The notes under the pieces were generated by a model that saw only the letters and a program-made list of their open reading frames with translations, was not told the DNA's origin and did not search any database. From assembly GCA_964658305.1 (NCBI GenBank), contig OZ210884.1, positions 310,001 to 374,000 on the forward strand: DNA of 64,000 nucleotides. The letters are read 5' to 3'. This DNA is from Leptogorgia sarmentosa. Its lineage: Eukaryota. Positions 36,285 to 49,047 of the stretch are shown here, piece after piece; within the stretch, counting starts at the first letter, position 1, and each line of letters opens with the position of its first letter. The position numbers and the translations under genes are program-made.

Positions 36285-39282
36285 TCACACTATATTAAAG
36301 TGCCAAGCATCCTTATTAGAAAGCAGCTCGCTAAATTCTTCAGAAAGTTCGTTGTAGGACTGGTATGTTGAAGGAATTTCAAGTAACGGCCCACAAGTGT
36401 GTACCACTGGTCTACGTGTTGTGCCCTCGAGGACATTAAATGTTACTTCGATGCGTGGAAAGCAGATAACATCACTACCCGTCACAAATTGTAAAAATAG
36501 AGACAAGAAATTTCCCTGCAGTGACCGAATATACTTCTTTAAGTGATCAAGACACTGGCGTTCCTTATCTGATGTCGGTTCGGACTGAATTAATTTCAAA
36601 ACCTTCTTTGTAGTTGGCCTCTTAGCTTCATATAGGTTTTCCACATCTTTAACGGATTGGAAATTTGGGAGAATTCTCAATGACTTAAGAACAGGAGACC
36701 AGCAACTTAACACATATCTCGGTTTTTGAATGATCTCTTGATGAGCAATTTCGGACATGATGTGGCGAATATTGTCTTTTGAAGGATTTCGAAAGCACTT
36801 ATAATTACTCAATAAATCCATCAAATCCTCATCATCTGGATCAAAATCAAAGTCGTCTTTGAGACATTTATCAAAAGTGCTTCTCTCGTCATCGGATAGA
36901 TATTGGCGGAAACATGATAGCAAAAACTCCCCCGAAATACTATTATCACCAAACAAACAAACAATAAGGAAACCCATAGATAGCGACAATGGAAAATATC
37001 CGTCTCTTACATACCCATACAATAATATACGAGCAATGGCTTGCCATTCATCTTTCTGGTAGTCATGTCTTATAGCAGGAATCTTTTCTTGTGCTCCAAT
37101 AGCCACGGAGTTGAAGAACTGGTTCCAGAAAGTTGCAAGTGCATCACGAAAAACACCATCTCCCTTTCCTATTTCTACCTTTCCATTGTATCCAATAAGT
37201 GTGATTTCTTTGCATTACTACTTCTTCTTTAAATGTTACTATCATGTCATCCTTTAAGATGGTTCGATGCCAGACCACAGAATAAATAGGGGACTCTTTT
37301 ATGTTTGACACAACGTCAATAAACGAAAAATCATTATCATAGGTATCTGCAAAAACAATTTATTAGTCAGTTGAATCACGGTTAATAACTAACAGTGGTA
37401 GAATAAAATATGGACAGGTACCCAAGCAAAATTAAAATACAAGGACTGAATACAACCTAGTACATGAATAGTTATAGATTTCATTAGCCTAGTTCTATTA
37501 ATTAAACAATACTCGATGGGAGAAGCAACTTTTAGTTATTAATTTGACTATGAACACTTTAATGAATATGGACTATATATATACAGCTTGTTGATGTCAA
37601 TAATTTCTGGGTCTATGTCACAGTAGTTTAGTAGCTTGATAAATATAATGAATAGTTAGTTGTTGTTTTATGCACTACTCAACCTAATTTACTTGGGGAT
37701 TAAATTGTCAGATTTACCTAAAAAGATGTCCATGTCATTTACATCCTCCATGTTTGGTTCATTGATTGTTGTATTGCTCATGACAGGTTCACATACATTT
37801 GTAGATCCCTCAGACACTTCTTTATTTATCTCAACCACCTGCACTTCCTCCATGTTTAGTTCATCAGATCCACTATAACCCACATTACATGGAGTAGCAC
37901 ATGACATAATCTGAATAAATAAATTCATGTTAATACCAACACTTGATCAAGTTTGGTGAATTTTAACAGGATGCAACAATGCCCAAATTGTTCATAGTTG
38001 TCAACAATATTGTTCAGCATTGTTACACCTAGCCTGATTGTGGGTTCAGCTGATTCAGACTCATCAATGCTAAACAATATTGTTGACAACTATGAACAAT
38101 TTGGGCAGCACAACATTGTTGCATCCTGTTTTCACCAATCTTGAACCTGGGATAATTTTTAGCTTTGTACATGAGAGACCATCAATCATCATGCATAATC
38201 ATTTATTATTCAGATCAAAATTGGGGGGGGGACCACTTTGGTTCATTGATTGTGTATTCTCATGACAGGCTCACATACATTTGTAGATCCCTCAGACACT
38301 TCTTTATTTATCTCAACCACCTGCACTTCCTCCATGTTTAGTTCATCAGATCCACTATAACCCACATTACATGGAGTAGCACATGACATAATCTGAATAA
38401 ATAATTCATGTTAATACCAACACTTGAACCTGGGATAATTTTTAGCTTTGTATATAAGAGATCATCAATCATCATGCATAATCATTTATTATTTAGATCA
38501 AAATCGGGGGGGGGGGACCACTGGGGAATACCCACTCCTTTTTATTGCAGTATTGAAATATATAATTTACTCATTTTCAATCATTTGAAATTTCCTTGTA
38601 CATACCTTATCAAATTCAGAGTCACTATCACTATGCGGCCTACACAAAAATTCCAAATAATCTTCCGTTTTGCAAACGTGAAACGTCAGCCGTGTGTATG
38701 CCTTTCCTATATCTTCCTTGTACTTTTTTAAAGTGAATGGTTCCTCACTTCCAGGTAGACAAATGACTTTCGTTTTATCTGGATATAGTAGGGTGAATCC
38801 GCGCAATGCACACGTTAATTCACTGTTAAACCTTAGAATTTTATCGGACGCTTTTTTTAGCAGCTCGTCGGCGTTAATGCTCGGATTGACAGTAAGAGGC
38901 AACGAACTTCCTCTTACGAACTTTAAATCATTATCGCGGAATCTCCTTAAACCAACATTTATCGTGACTTCGCTTGGCGTTTTCTTATTTCCATTCGTTT
39001 AACCTTTGTTTTTTTGGCTTTGGGTTTGAATCTCGATTTTCGTTCTTCTTCCTTACGTTTTTGGTATTCGCGGAACGACACAGGTGTCGATAACCGACTT
39101 TTTGAAACTGGCGTGAACGAAGTGCTTGATGTCGATGTACCCTGTGATGTATTGTTCACTGTGCTGCAGCCACTAGTGCTAACACTTACAGCAGGTTTTT
39201 CCACTTTTTCGATACATTGGCCACAAACGTGACAAAATTTTGCCCCAACTAATGATGAACACCCGCACTGACTACAGAACAT
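36285..39282 (-). pseudogene. Multi-exon zinc-ribbon + HECT E3 ubiquitin ligase gene (G2E3-like HECT) with frameshifts
   Basis: MFCSQCG...AKFCHVCG; inferred exons ~39282-38606, ~37910-37718, 37346-36285; GDGVFRDALATFW, GYFPLSL, FLQFVTGS, RRPVVHTCGPLLEIPSTY (catalytic Cys motif); frameshifts near 39000 and 37212. Confidence 0.8.
37947..38143. mobile_element. Palindromic MITE in HECT intron
   Basis: GCCCAAATTGTTCATAGTTGTCAACAATATTGTT mirrored at 38072-38106. Confidence 0.7.
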
Positions 39283-40019
39283 TTATACTTCAATGTCAAA
39301 GTCTACACTTTTTACAAATATACAACCAGTACGAAACGTGCAATATAAAATATTGTCGCAATACGCGCGCATTGCTTCATGGGAATTACATTATTTTAGG
39401 TGTGCATCTACGTTTTATTTTGTTTGCATCGACTTTTTAAAGTATGCATCAACATTTTTAAGTTTGCATTCACAATTCTATTATTAAGTTTGCATCGCTT
39501 TTTTAAAGTTTGCATCGACTTTTTAAAGTTTGCATCGACTTTTTAAAGTTTGCATCGATTTTTTAAAGTTTGCATCGACTTTTTTAAAAGATTGCATTGA
39601 GTTTTTTAAAGTTTGCATGTCCCTTGTGGGCCATCGTAGTATACGAGTATGATTCTACTAATCCTCGATAGATAGTGAGTAGCAAAACATGTAAATTTTC
39701 GTTCAAGAAAATGTCTTCTGAGACGCGTTTTTAAATTACGTTTTGCAATATTTTCATGTTTGATCTCTGATTCTACTAAAACAATTAGATTACTCGCTCT
39801 CGATTTCTACGAGATGATAATATAATAGAAATCTCGAGCTCGTAATCTAATTGTTAATTATATTCACCGGACGGCAAAAATCTATTGTCCGGCTCGCTTC
39901 AGAATTATGTGTTTCTCCACCGGAAACTTTCAACTATGAGTTCGATCGACCATAATGCAGGTGGGTAAATCAAGGACTATTTGAAACTTCTAAATACTTT
40001 TAAGTCTTTGATGCGACTA

Positions 40020-41902
40020 CCCAGCTAACAAAATTACGTTGTGGCAACGTTGTCCGAACGTTCGACGAACGTCGGGACAACGTTAGTAATTTTGGTTGTA
40101 GTAACGTTTTTTTGTGAACTCCTAAATACGTAGTAGCAACGTTGGGCATAACGTTGCGATTTACGTTATTACAACGTTGAAACGACGTTCCACAATAACG
40201 TGAAAAAAACGTCGAGAGTATAACGTTGTGACTATACGTTTGTTTAACGTTTTACTGTGACATTGGATCAACGTTGTGACTTTGTGCTGCGCAGTTAACA
40301 GTGAACATACAAACATTGAAATCTTCAAAGTTCTATATATTATCTTTAAATAAAGTAAATAAACGAGAGGAACGTCAATGCGTGTGAAAATTTATATAAT
40401 TCAGAGGCAATAATTTTAATAAAATATTTGAATACATATAAAAATAATAAATAGCTTGATCGCAATATAGTTATAACAAGAAGATCTGAATACATATATA
40501 AATAGCATGATAAAATAGTGTTTGCCGTGTTTTAAAGAATATTTAAACATATATGAACAGTCTGGAAATATTATTTTCGTTCATTCCAATGAATATATTG
40601 AATGATATACTCTACTGCCCCAAGTATTGTCATTCAACGCGTTTTTACGATCCTGCAAAAGCAAAAGAGTACAGTATAAGTGCTTTGGGAGGAACTTTAT
40701 GAACTTGCATAAATATTTGAAATATATAGTAAGTCACGAAGGGCTGTAATAAAACTACAACGCGGCTAATTTTATCTCGGCTTTCGGCCAGGCCTCGTGC
40801 TTAATTTATAGCTGCAAACATAATTGTACAATGAAATGTTCCAAGCTGACTTCAGCAGCCTGATCTAAAGATCAGTGATATTTGATTTTATCATAATTAT
40901 ACAATCAAGTGTAAACGGCAGCCGGACGTCTTTCTCGCAAAATATGGAAACGATTCAATACACGCGCAAAAAAACAGCCCGTCGAGACATTCCTGTATGT
41001 TTGTGCTTCCTATTTAGGGGAAAGACGACCTGATTAACGACAATGAAGCACAGATACCGAAGAATAATATAGCGAAATATTCGAACATTCGATCTCAGTT
41101 GTCGGCTTCGTTGTCGTTGAAGTTGATAAAGCACATGTCATAGACATAGTAATTTTTATTATAGGAATGACTGTATAATATACTGTGATATAGCTAGTTA
41201 TGTATAAGATGATTGTAATATCCACACTTACATTATATTCCCTGATTTCTGTGGCAGATGGATTTGACCGTGAACTTGATAAGAATCCACGCTGCGTAAA
41301 TAAATGCAAAACACACAACTATCAAGCTTAGTTTCCTTAGCCCTGCTGATTATTCACAAGTAAAAACAGGGTAGATACACATAGTATTCATACTTACATA
41401 AAATCAGTCGATATATAAGACGAATAACAGATATAACCAGAATGTCGGTTCAAAACGACGAAATCAGACGGTTGGTGAAGTATAAAGTCCACATGGACAA
41501 AGTCCACAATTCAAAATTTCACAAGAAACCTGAAACGACGAGCAATCTCCCGCCGAAATATCGCTTGGACGTTTAATATAACGTTGCATAGACGTTATTA
41601 GAAGGTCATAATGTAACGTTCAAGCAAGGTTGAACTCCAACGTTGCGCAAACGATGTATAAATGTCCATGCAGCATGTTATCTCGTAACGTTGCTTCAAC
41701 GTAGAAATATAACGTTCTGGGCTCGTTTTCCGAACGTCTTGATGCGCACGTTATACTCCAACGTTGCTACGACGTTTGTTAAACGATCCTATTTTCCGAA
41801 GAAGGTCAACAACGTTGTATGAATGTCGTGGTAATGTTAGGTCCGACCTAACATTCCCACAACCTTTTACCAACGTCGTGATTACGTTGTGTGTTAGCTG
41901 GG
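40020..41902. mobile_element. Non-autonomous CACTA/EnSpm-like DNA transposon
   Basis: CCCAGCTAACA...TGTTAGCTGGG termini, TA both sides, dense subterminal AACGTT palindromes. Confidence 0.8.
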
Positions 41903-42949
41903 TATATTCATTCACACAATAATTTATATGTGTGAAATATCGGTTTTAAGTGAGATTATATTTTTCCCGAAAAACAACTGCATTCACTCGCGAATGCGTC
42001 AAATATTGAATTCGATTTACGTGTTAGCTCTGAAATTGTCTTGGCTAGCTTTACAGGATATTTTCTGTTCTGATTATGTATACATATATAAAATTATGTT
42101 TGTTAAAGGGTTACGGAGGGTAATTAAAACGGTTTCGTCACGAGTATCTGTATCCGCTATTTAGGTCGTGTTGCATGTAGCGAAAGAATACCAAAACTAC
42201 GAGATTTCAAAAATTAGTCAAACCAATCCAATGCGCAATAATAGTCGATCGAACACTGACAATTCAAGTTTTGCTTGCTGTCTTCTTCTATATGCTTGAA
42301 GCCCACGAAATTTACATGATAGATGTCTTTTTGAGCGCATAATCACCAACTATGCTGACTACGTTACTTATCGTTGCCGCTTATATTGTGTTTTCTGGGT
42401 CATCCTACTTATAAGAATGCTGGATCCAGTTGCAATTCAATGGTCTATTTCGCCCGTCAGTATATGAGTTTGACGGAATGCAAAATGAATGCAAAACACT
42501 CCGGGTAACAATTGACCTGCAAATGTGGCAGCATGAATCTCTGCTATTCGTCGTGTCGAAGCGTTTCTTAAACAAAATACACATTTTGATCTATAACGCC
42601 ATTGTCTGTCCGTACATTCACTACAGGCTATTGCAGTAAAGTAAGGATCCGGAAGGTATTTAGTGAAACGCAATCAAAACGACTTCAAAAACTGCAAATT
42701 GTAGAGCAGCTAGAATTAATGAGAGAATCTAATTGTCGCGGGTCGCGGGTTTTTGTCGCGGATCAACGACCGTTTACGAGAGGGAAATAAGCAACGACCG
42801 TTTACGAGAGGGAAATAAGCGGCACCAATGAAAGAGTTTGGTCCTTAACTTCAAAATAGCCAACAAATAATACTTGGTAGTAATGCGCAGGATTTTCAAG
42901 TCTGGGAAATTCCGATTTTCAAAATCTTCAAAATCTTACTAACACTAAC

Positions 42950-43385
42950 TTGAAATTCAACGGGACCGGATGGTATCTCAGGTTGGGTCGTTAAAGAAAA
43001 TGCTGATATTTTTGCACCATTCCTATTGCATCAATTGAAAATAAGTCGTATCGCGAAGGCGGTCTCCACAATCTTGGAAACACGCAGATGTTGTACCAAT
43101 TCGGAAAAAAGAACCAGTACGCGATGTTAACCGCCAATATCGGTCTATTTCCCTTAGTACGATTGTGTCGAAAGTCGCGGAAGGCTATGTTGTTGATAAT
43201 TTTATAAAACCAGCTGTGTTTACAAAAGTTAACACCAATGAGAACGGGGAACGATTCCAAACTCAAGCACAGTTCAAGCCCGCATAAGTATGCTTCACTC
43301 TTGGAGTGAATCAACTGATGGCAACGGTGGTAATGATGTACGAGTAATGATATTTGACTTCAGAAAGCCTTTCGCTCTAATAGGT
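42950..43385 (+). pseudogene. Degenerate LINE (CR1/L2-like) reverse transcriptase fragment
   Basis: Remnant motifs STGPDGISGWVVKENAD, WKHADVVPI, SISL..IVSKVAE, IFDFRK, with frameshifts. Confidence 0.7.
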
Positions 43386-43542
43386 CAGCGTCTATTAGTT
43401 TGATTCATTTCAGAACCTAAGAGCGTACTGATTATATAATTTCTCTTTAGTAAACATCCTCATCGTTTGAAGTGGTGCCTTTCGTTGTACAAGAAAGGAA
43501 GAAACGTGAAACAATTGGGAAACATTGTCATGATCGTGTTAA

Positions 43543-43614
43543 GGTTCTGTGGTGTAATGGTAAGCACTTTGGACTTTGAATCCAGCGATCCGAGTTCAAG
43601 TCTCGGCAGAGCCT
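43543..43614 (+). tRNA. tRNA-Gln(TTG)
   Basis: GGTTCTGTGGTGTAATGGTAAGCACTTTGGACTTTGAATCCAGCGATCCGAGTTCAAGTCTCGGCAGAGCCT followed by a T run. Confidence 0.9.
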
Positions 43615-43877
43615 ATTTTAGACATTACATTTGATTTTTTTATAATACAGCGAATTGTATTACCTTTCTCTTCCACCATTCATTTGGCAATTCAGAGTTA
43701 ATTGAAACAAATTGATCCAAGAACAAAATTAATGTGAATGTGAACTTGATAATTTAATTACTAAAGGAATACTCGTATTCGGCTCACGTCAGTTGTCAAG
43801 AGAAAATCAGAACGGGATGCGGCATGTTGAAGGTAGCAAAGAATAAATGTGGTAGGAAATTCCGTGTTTTCATGTGT

Positions 43878-44001
43878 GTCAGGATGGCCGACCGGTCTAA
43901 GGCGCCAGACTCAAGTGCAAAAACTTGTCACGATCAACCTTGACATAATAGGGCGTTCTGGTCGACACATGTCGTCGTCGGTTCGAATCCCACTCTTGAC
44001 A
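43878..44001 (+). tRNA. tRNA-Leu(CAA) with ~40-nt intron (some mismatches)
   Basis: GTCAGGATGGCCGA...CCAGACTCAAG[intron]TTCTGG...GGTTCGAATCCCACTCTTGACA. Confidence 0.75.
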
Positions 44002-44358
44002 ACAAATTTACAAAAAAATTGAGAACATTTCTTTTCAGAGCTGATCTATTTACGCAAATTCGATATCACCAAGAAATGTTTCTGGTTTTTTACTGAAAAA
44101 TTCCAAACAGAAAAATATCTCCAATAAAAAAAGTTAATACGTATCTTTCCTGATAATATGTATCTTTCATATGTATATGTATCTTAACTGTGATTGATTG
44201 AAAAAATTCCAATAAAATAATGTGTAGTAATTTTGCTGATGAGATTTAAAGTGCAACAATCTCCTGGAACTTACTCTGTTTATTATTTGAAGGTGTTCGT
44301 GAAAATGTTCGGTATCTTGTGGAATATGAATATTTTAACAAAAGAATTGAGCAATTTT

Positions 44359-44429
44359 GCGTTGGTGGTTCAGTGGTAGAATTCTCGCCTGCCACGCGGG
44401 AGACCGGGGTTCGATTCCCCGCTAACGCA
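44359..44429 (+). tRNA. tRNA-Gly(GCC)
   Basis: 71-nt cloverleaf, CTCGCCTGCCACGCGGG arm. Confidence 0.9.
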
Positions 44430-44522
44430 GAATATTGTCATTTTGTTGCATTTCAATTTCAACTGCAACACGACAGAAAACCTGGCATTTAACACAGAAA
44501 TATCCAAGCAACAAGTTATCAC

Positions 44523-44594
44523 TCCCATGTGATCTACTGGTTGGGATCTGGCGTTTTCACTGCCATGGCCCGGGTTCGATTCCCGGCGTGGGAA
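44523..44594 (+). tRNA. tRNA-Glu(TTC), degenerate D arm
   Basis: TCCCATGT...TGGCGTTTTCACTGCCA...CCGGGTTCGATTCCCGGCGTGGGAA. Confidence 0.6.
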
Positions 44595-44680
44595 TTTATT
44601 ATGAAAATTTCAATTTGAAGCAGCTTGTGTTCACATTTTCAAACTCGTTCTCTGAAACCAAACCATTTTAACAGCGCTAC

Positions 44681-44753
44681 GACCTTGTAGCGCAATTGGT
44701 AGCGCGTCTGACTCCAGATCGGAGGGTTAAGTGTTCAATTCACTTCAAGGTCA
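44681..44753 (+). tRNA. tRNA-Trp(CCA)
   Basis: GACCTTGTAGCGCAATTGGTAGCGCGTCTGACTCCAGATCGGA...GTGTTCAATTCACTTCAAGGTCA. Confidence 0.75.
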
Positions 44754-44849
44754 AGCACTTCGGACCACGCTGTCTCTCGACATTTTCTTCCAAATTCAAA
44801 TTAAAAATATTATCGTTATTTTCACATTCCGAGAAAAGATATATGTTTC

Positions 44850-45052
44850 TCCCATGTGGTCCAGTGGTCAGGGTCTGGCGCTCTCACCGCCAAGGCACGT
44901 GTTCTGCCAGTGTTCTGCCCGTGTTCTGCCCGTGTTCTGCCCGTGTTCTGCCCGTGTTCTGCCCGTGTTCTGCCCGTGTTCTGCCCGTGTTCTGCCCGTG
45001 TTCTGCCCGTGTTCTGCCCGTGTTCTGCCGTGTTCTATTCCCGGCATGGGAA
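44850..45052 (+). pseudogene. tRNA-Glu(CTC) interrupted by 13 copies of an 11-bp repeat
   Basis: 5' half to CTCTCACCGCCAAG, then (GCCCGTGTTCT)n at 44895-45036, then ATTCCCGGCATGGGAA. Confidence 0.85.
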
Positions 45053-45334
45053 TAATACTTGCGCCAGAAAGGGAAAAAACATGCAATTGGAGAAATTAGC
45101 AAAACCATTGCTATTATGCTGGCACTATCCCTCTTACCCATTCCTTTGGTGTTTTCTGTATTTAAGTCTTTGTTGACATGATCTTGCTTTCCAACAAAAA
45201 ATGATTTTGCTGATCATGTTTAAAGTGTAACAATTTCATAGAATTTACTCTGTTTTATTATTCGAAGGTGTTTGGTGCAAATGTTCGGAATCTTGTGGAA
45301 TATGAACATTATAACAAAACAGTTGGGCAACTTT

Positions 45335-45405
45335 GCGTTGGTGGTTCAGTGGTAGAATTCTCGCCTGCCACGCGGGAGACTGGGGTTCGATTCCCCGCTG
45401 ACGCA
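45335..45405 (+). tRNA. tRNA-Gly(GCC), second copy
   Basis: Duplicate of 44359-44429 including flanks; two substitutions. Confidence 0.75.
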
Positions 45406-45519
45406 GATTATTGTCATTTTGTTGCATTTCAACTGCAACACGCGGTCACCTCAGAGTGTACGTCAGTTGTAGATGTCAATGTTTAGTTTAACAACGCGAA
45501 ACCTGTTGGTTGTAGTAAG

Positions 45520-45601
45520 GTAGTCGTGGCCGAGCGGTTAAGGCGATAGACTAGAAATCTGTTTGGAGTTTCCCGCGCAGGTTCTAATCCTGCCGACTAC
45601 G
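45520..45601 (+). tRNA. tRNA-Ser(AGA)
   Basis: 82 nt, ATAGACTAGAAATCTGT arm, long variable arm; T loop TTCTAAT variant. Confidence 0.75.
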
Positions 45602-46082
45602 ATGCAAAGTCTTTAAAATTTTGACCTCGAAGATAAACATGAATTGTTTTGTTGGGGAAAAACTCGATGGCAGGAAGTTGTGTTCTCGGTGGAGGTGGCT
45701 GAGTGTTTAAAGTGACAGATTCAATGCCCAAGTTTTCCATCTACAAAATCAACGGAAAGAAGTCGCGTTTTTTATTGCTTGCGATGCGTAGCATGGCAAG
45801 CTTTAAATTCGGCATTTTTTAATTTTTTTTTATTTTTTTTTAATCGTGTTGTAGACAGCAGTCTCCCGCTCGGCCAACTGCTAAAACTACCAGCAACTCA
45901 TTATTATTCAGTTTTAAACGACCAAAGACACTCGCGATTGCGTCCCCGATTTTCTGGAGGGTATTCTCCCCCTGGATCATTAGTATTCAAGCCTGTCATT
46001 TCGTCACTCTCCGGAGTCTTGCAATTACGTCACACTAAAACATTTAACTATTATTCAATAGTTAGTAGTGTCACTACCTATA

Positions 46083-46668
46083 CAGGGTGTCTCAAAAAAA
46101 AGGTAATCCATTTTTGGCATGCCATTGTGCGTTAATTACTGGGTGTACGAACGTGATTTTTGCATGGTCATAAAGATCAAGGTCTTAGCAGTTGAATGAC
46201 ATATTTCTTGTACGATATGGAAGAAAATCAGGCAAATGCGAGCGTGTTGAAAAATCTCGGTGAAAAACGCATTCTTTCACCTCTGAGAATTGCAGCTAAA
46301 CTTATTAAAAATTAACTCCCTCTGGGACTCGGAGATGACGACCTTCCCTTCAACAATCGACCTGATTATGCATAATTATTAATAATCCTGATAAAATCTT
46401 TGTTACCATGACACATTCGTGATGAATTGCATTTTTCTTTTGTTATGCACTGCTTTAATTAGGCACAGAGGTGAAAGAATGCGTTTTTCACCGAGATTTT
46501 TCAACACGCTCGCATTTGCCTGATTTTCTTCCATATCGTACAGGAAATATGGCATTCAACTGCTAAGACCTTGATCTTTATGACCATGCAAAAATCACGT
46601 TCGTACACCCAGTAATTAACGCACAATGGCATGCCAAAGTTCGATTACCTTTTTTTTGAGACACCCTG
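46083..46668. mobile_element. Tc1/mariner-type MITE with ~205-bp TIRs
   Basis: TA-CAGGGTGTCTCAAAAAAAAGGTAATC ... GATTACCTTTTTTTTGAGACACCCTG-TA; 46083-46287 mirrors 46464-46668. Confidence 0.9.
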
Positions 46669-47544
46669 TATATTCAAATTACTATTGTCTTGAGCATAAA
46701 TTGTGGGACCCATTTATTTAGTAAACCTAGGCGTGATTTAATACGCATGCGTGGTGGATCGATCATTCGTTTTACAGCAAAGTTGAACCACAAATTACAA
46801 CTCAAATTTTTGCCGTTTACCAATATTTCATCTTTTGCAAAGTGCCATTCCACTGTTTAAAGTTTAGGCTGTTTGATCGTCACAACGATTTTGATGTCCG
46901 ATCCAAACTATCTAAATGTCGAATAGTAAACCGTAGGTATGTTGATGTAGTTGATATTTCAGGTGTCAATACGTGTACAACTTTCAAATGAGATGTGAAT
47001 TTGTTTGCCGTTTGCGATTTATAGCTTGCCGTAAATGTCACTGGGCTAACTGTTAACCAAATGTAAAGCAAGAGCAGCTGTAAGAACTTTCAATAAAATG
47101 TCTTGGCCAAAAGCAAGGGATTACTATATATCAAGAGAGATACAAAATATTAGCCAAAATAATCTGGCTAGTAAGTCGAACCAAACAAATACTGAACTTG
47201 CTTGCCGTCTTCTGTCGATTTAGCGCTGGGAAATTAAATAATTAAGCTTTTGGCCATCAAATATTACTTGATCTACCCAACTACAACGACAGAATGATAT
47301 CTTATGTAGCGCTTGTGTACTAAATAAACGAAGGTGTTGATCATTTCAGTATAATGTAAACAAATACATTATTATTTCGTGTCGAGCGTGTATGAATAAA
47401 TTATCTAACAAGACAAAGGTAAAAACGGGGCACGTCAAGGGTTTTACTACATCCCGGGCGTTCTTTGCCGGCGCCCGCGATTAGCATAAAATTAGACAGC
47501 GGTTCAACAAGAAAGCATCACAGCTTAGCATTGCTGATTTCTCG

Positions 47545-47626
47545 ATAGGTTAGGGTCAGATTACGGGCCGGGTTGGGGTTATTAATAAATAACCCCAACC
47601 CGGCCCGTAGTCTGACCCTAACCTAT
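47545..47626. repeat. Near-perfect 82-bp hairpin
   Basis: ATAGGTTAGGGTCAGATTACGGGCCGGGTTGGGGTTATT mirrored with one mismatch. Confidence 0.85.
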
Positions 47627-47629
47627 TTC

Positions 47630-49045
47630 TTGACAGGTTAATGAGAATGAAAACAGATGCTGTTGCTCTGATCAGTCACACCAGAGGAGTTACAGGGGGT
47701 TGCCAAAAAAAAAGAGCCCCCTTGTCTCACACAGAAATAAACAAGGTTTATACAAGTCATATTCCTTATGTCGTAAAAAAAGGATTGCACGACAAATCAG
47801 ATGTAGAGAAATAGTCCTATTTCACTCTAAGAACACAACATTTGGTAAGCAATATGATATCCGCAACCTTTGATGATCTGTGGACTGCACCCAAGGATGT
47901 TCTAGACAAGTTTATGAACGTATTCATGGTTGTTATTCTTCCAACCCTGACTCCTCAAATAACTACTCCTCAATTCGAGATGAACATTTCATATCTAGTC
48001 TTCTCTCCTGGCTCCGCAACAAATTCTCAATGGGATTGAGGTCTGGGCTTTGTGTTAGCAAAAGAACACTTTAATTTTCAATTAAAATTGATTCCTCAGA
48101 TAATATTCCACAATACGAATGGTTCCTGGGAGTCCTTGCCATGCTGCCATATTAAGTTATCTCCCTGGTGTAATCGGACTGAAGATTGTTTGAATTAAAT
48201 TTTTCGGTTTATTTTTGGCAGAGGCGGCGTTTTAGTCCATGTTGATATTTGGTTACATATATGTGCGCTTTATTAGTGGCTGTGCGAGGTCAGCGATATT
48301 TGGGCAAACATTCGAGAGTTGATAATCTCTGAACAGCCTCTCTCATCAAAAGCCTGTCTTCGTGAATCCTTGTCTTGTGCGGTGTTCCAGAACCTGGCAT
48401 TCATCCAGCACTCTCACTTTCCTTCATACGACTTTTTTTGCCCAAGAATAGCTGAGTCTATATTCGTTGCTACTTTCCAAGCACTCGCGTCTAGCACGGG
48501 GCGAGTCCAATATTGAAGGTTTCTAGCTATCTTCTTCTTAGCCCTTTCTTCTCATTTGCTTCCTCGATGGCAACAGTTTCACACTGATTACAGTGAGATT
48601 GGCTGAAACCCATCACTTTTAGCACGAACTATTTGTTGAATGCTTGTGAGGCAATATATTTTATCCATACCGCATGTGCGTCTACATTTACACAAAAAGC
48701 CCTTTTTAAATAGGGGGGCTCTTTTTTTTTGGCAACCCCCTGTAGCTCAAAGAAGGCGCGAAACCATCAAACCTCACCTTCACAGGGATTATATTGAGCT
48801 ATGCTCACAAGAGGCTCCGGTGACAAGCTTACTGTTTGGAGACGACCTCCAAACAGAATTGACTCGCATCCGGACAACAAACAAAATTGGAAATACAACA
48901 AATCCATCATCACACGCGTCGAGCCAACGCCGGCTTTACAAGCCAATTACGAGCAATTATGGTGACAAACAGCCTCCTTTTTTATGGCGAGGAGCCCAGT
49001 CGTACAGAGGGCTGGAGAACAACAACAAGCGCGGTCAGAACCGGG
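47630..49045 (+). pseudogene. DIRS-like ORF1 (gag-like) fragment split by the Tc1 insertion
   Basis: TDAVALISH before the insertion; AQRRRETIKPHLHRDYIELCS...TSLLFGDDL after it; family assignment from recalled motif. Confidence 0.5.
47693..48742 (-). mobile_element. Degenerate Tc1-like transposon
   Basis: TA-flanked TIRs CAGGGGGTTGCCAAAAAAAAAGAGCCCCCT; minus-strand remnant QSPDLNPIENL at ~48015-48050. Confidence 0.85.
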
Positions 49046-49047
49046 GT

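Larger units (their letters stand above)
33749..39638. mobile_element. IS3EU-like DNA transposon (DDE transposase + HECT gene)
   Basis: ~210-bp TIRs containing 20-bp tandem units AAAAAGTCGATGCAAACTTT (33749-33955 vs 39401-39606); right terminus reads TACGATGGCCC inward; outer ~35 bp of left TIR missing. Confidence 0.75.
33391..39858. mobile_element. Long-TIR MITE split by the nested IS3EU-like element
   Basis: 33391-33650 is the inverted copy of ~39662-39858 (TTAACAATTAGATTACGAGCTCGAGATTTCTAT...). Confidence 0.65.

Noticed and set aside
44696..45176. Several overlapping ORFs with CSARVLPVFCP repeats
   Set aside because: Translation of the 11-bp minisatellite inside tRNA-Glu
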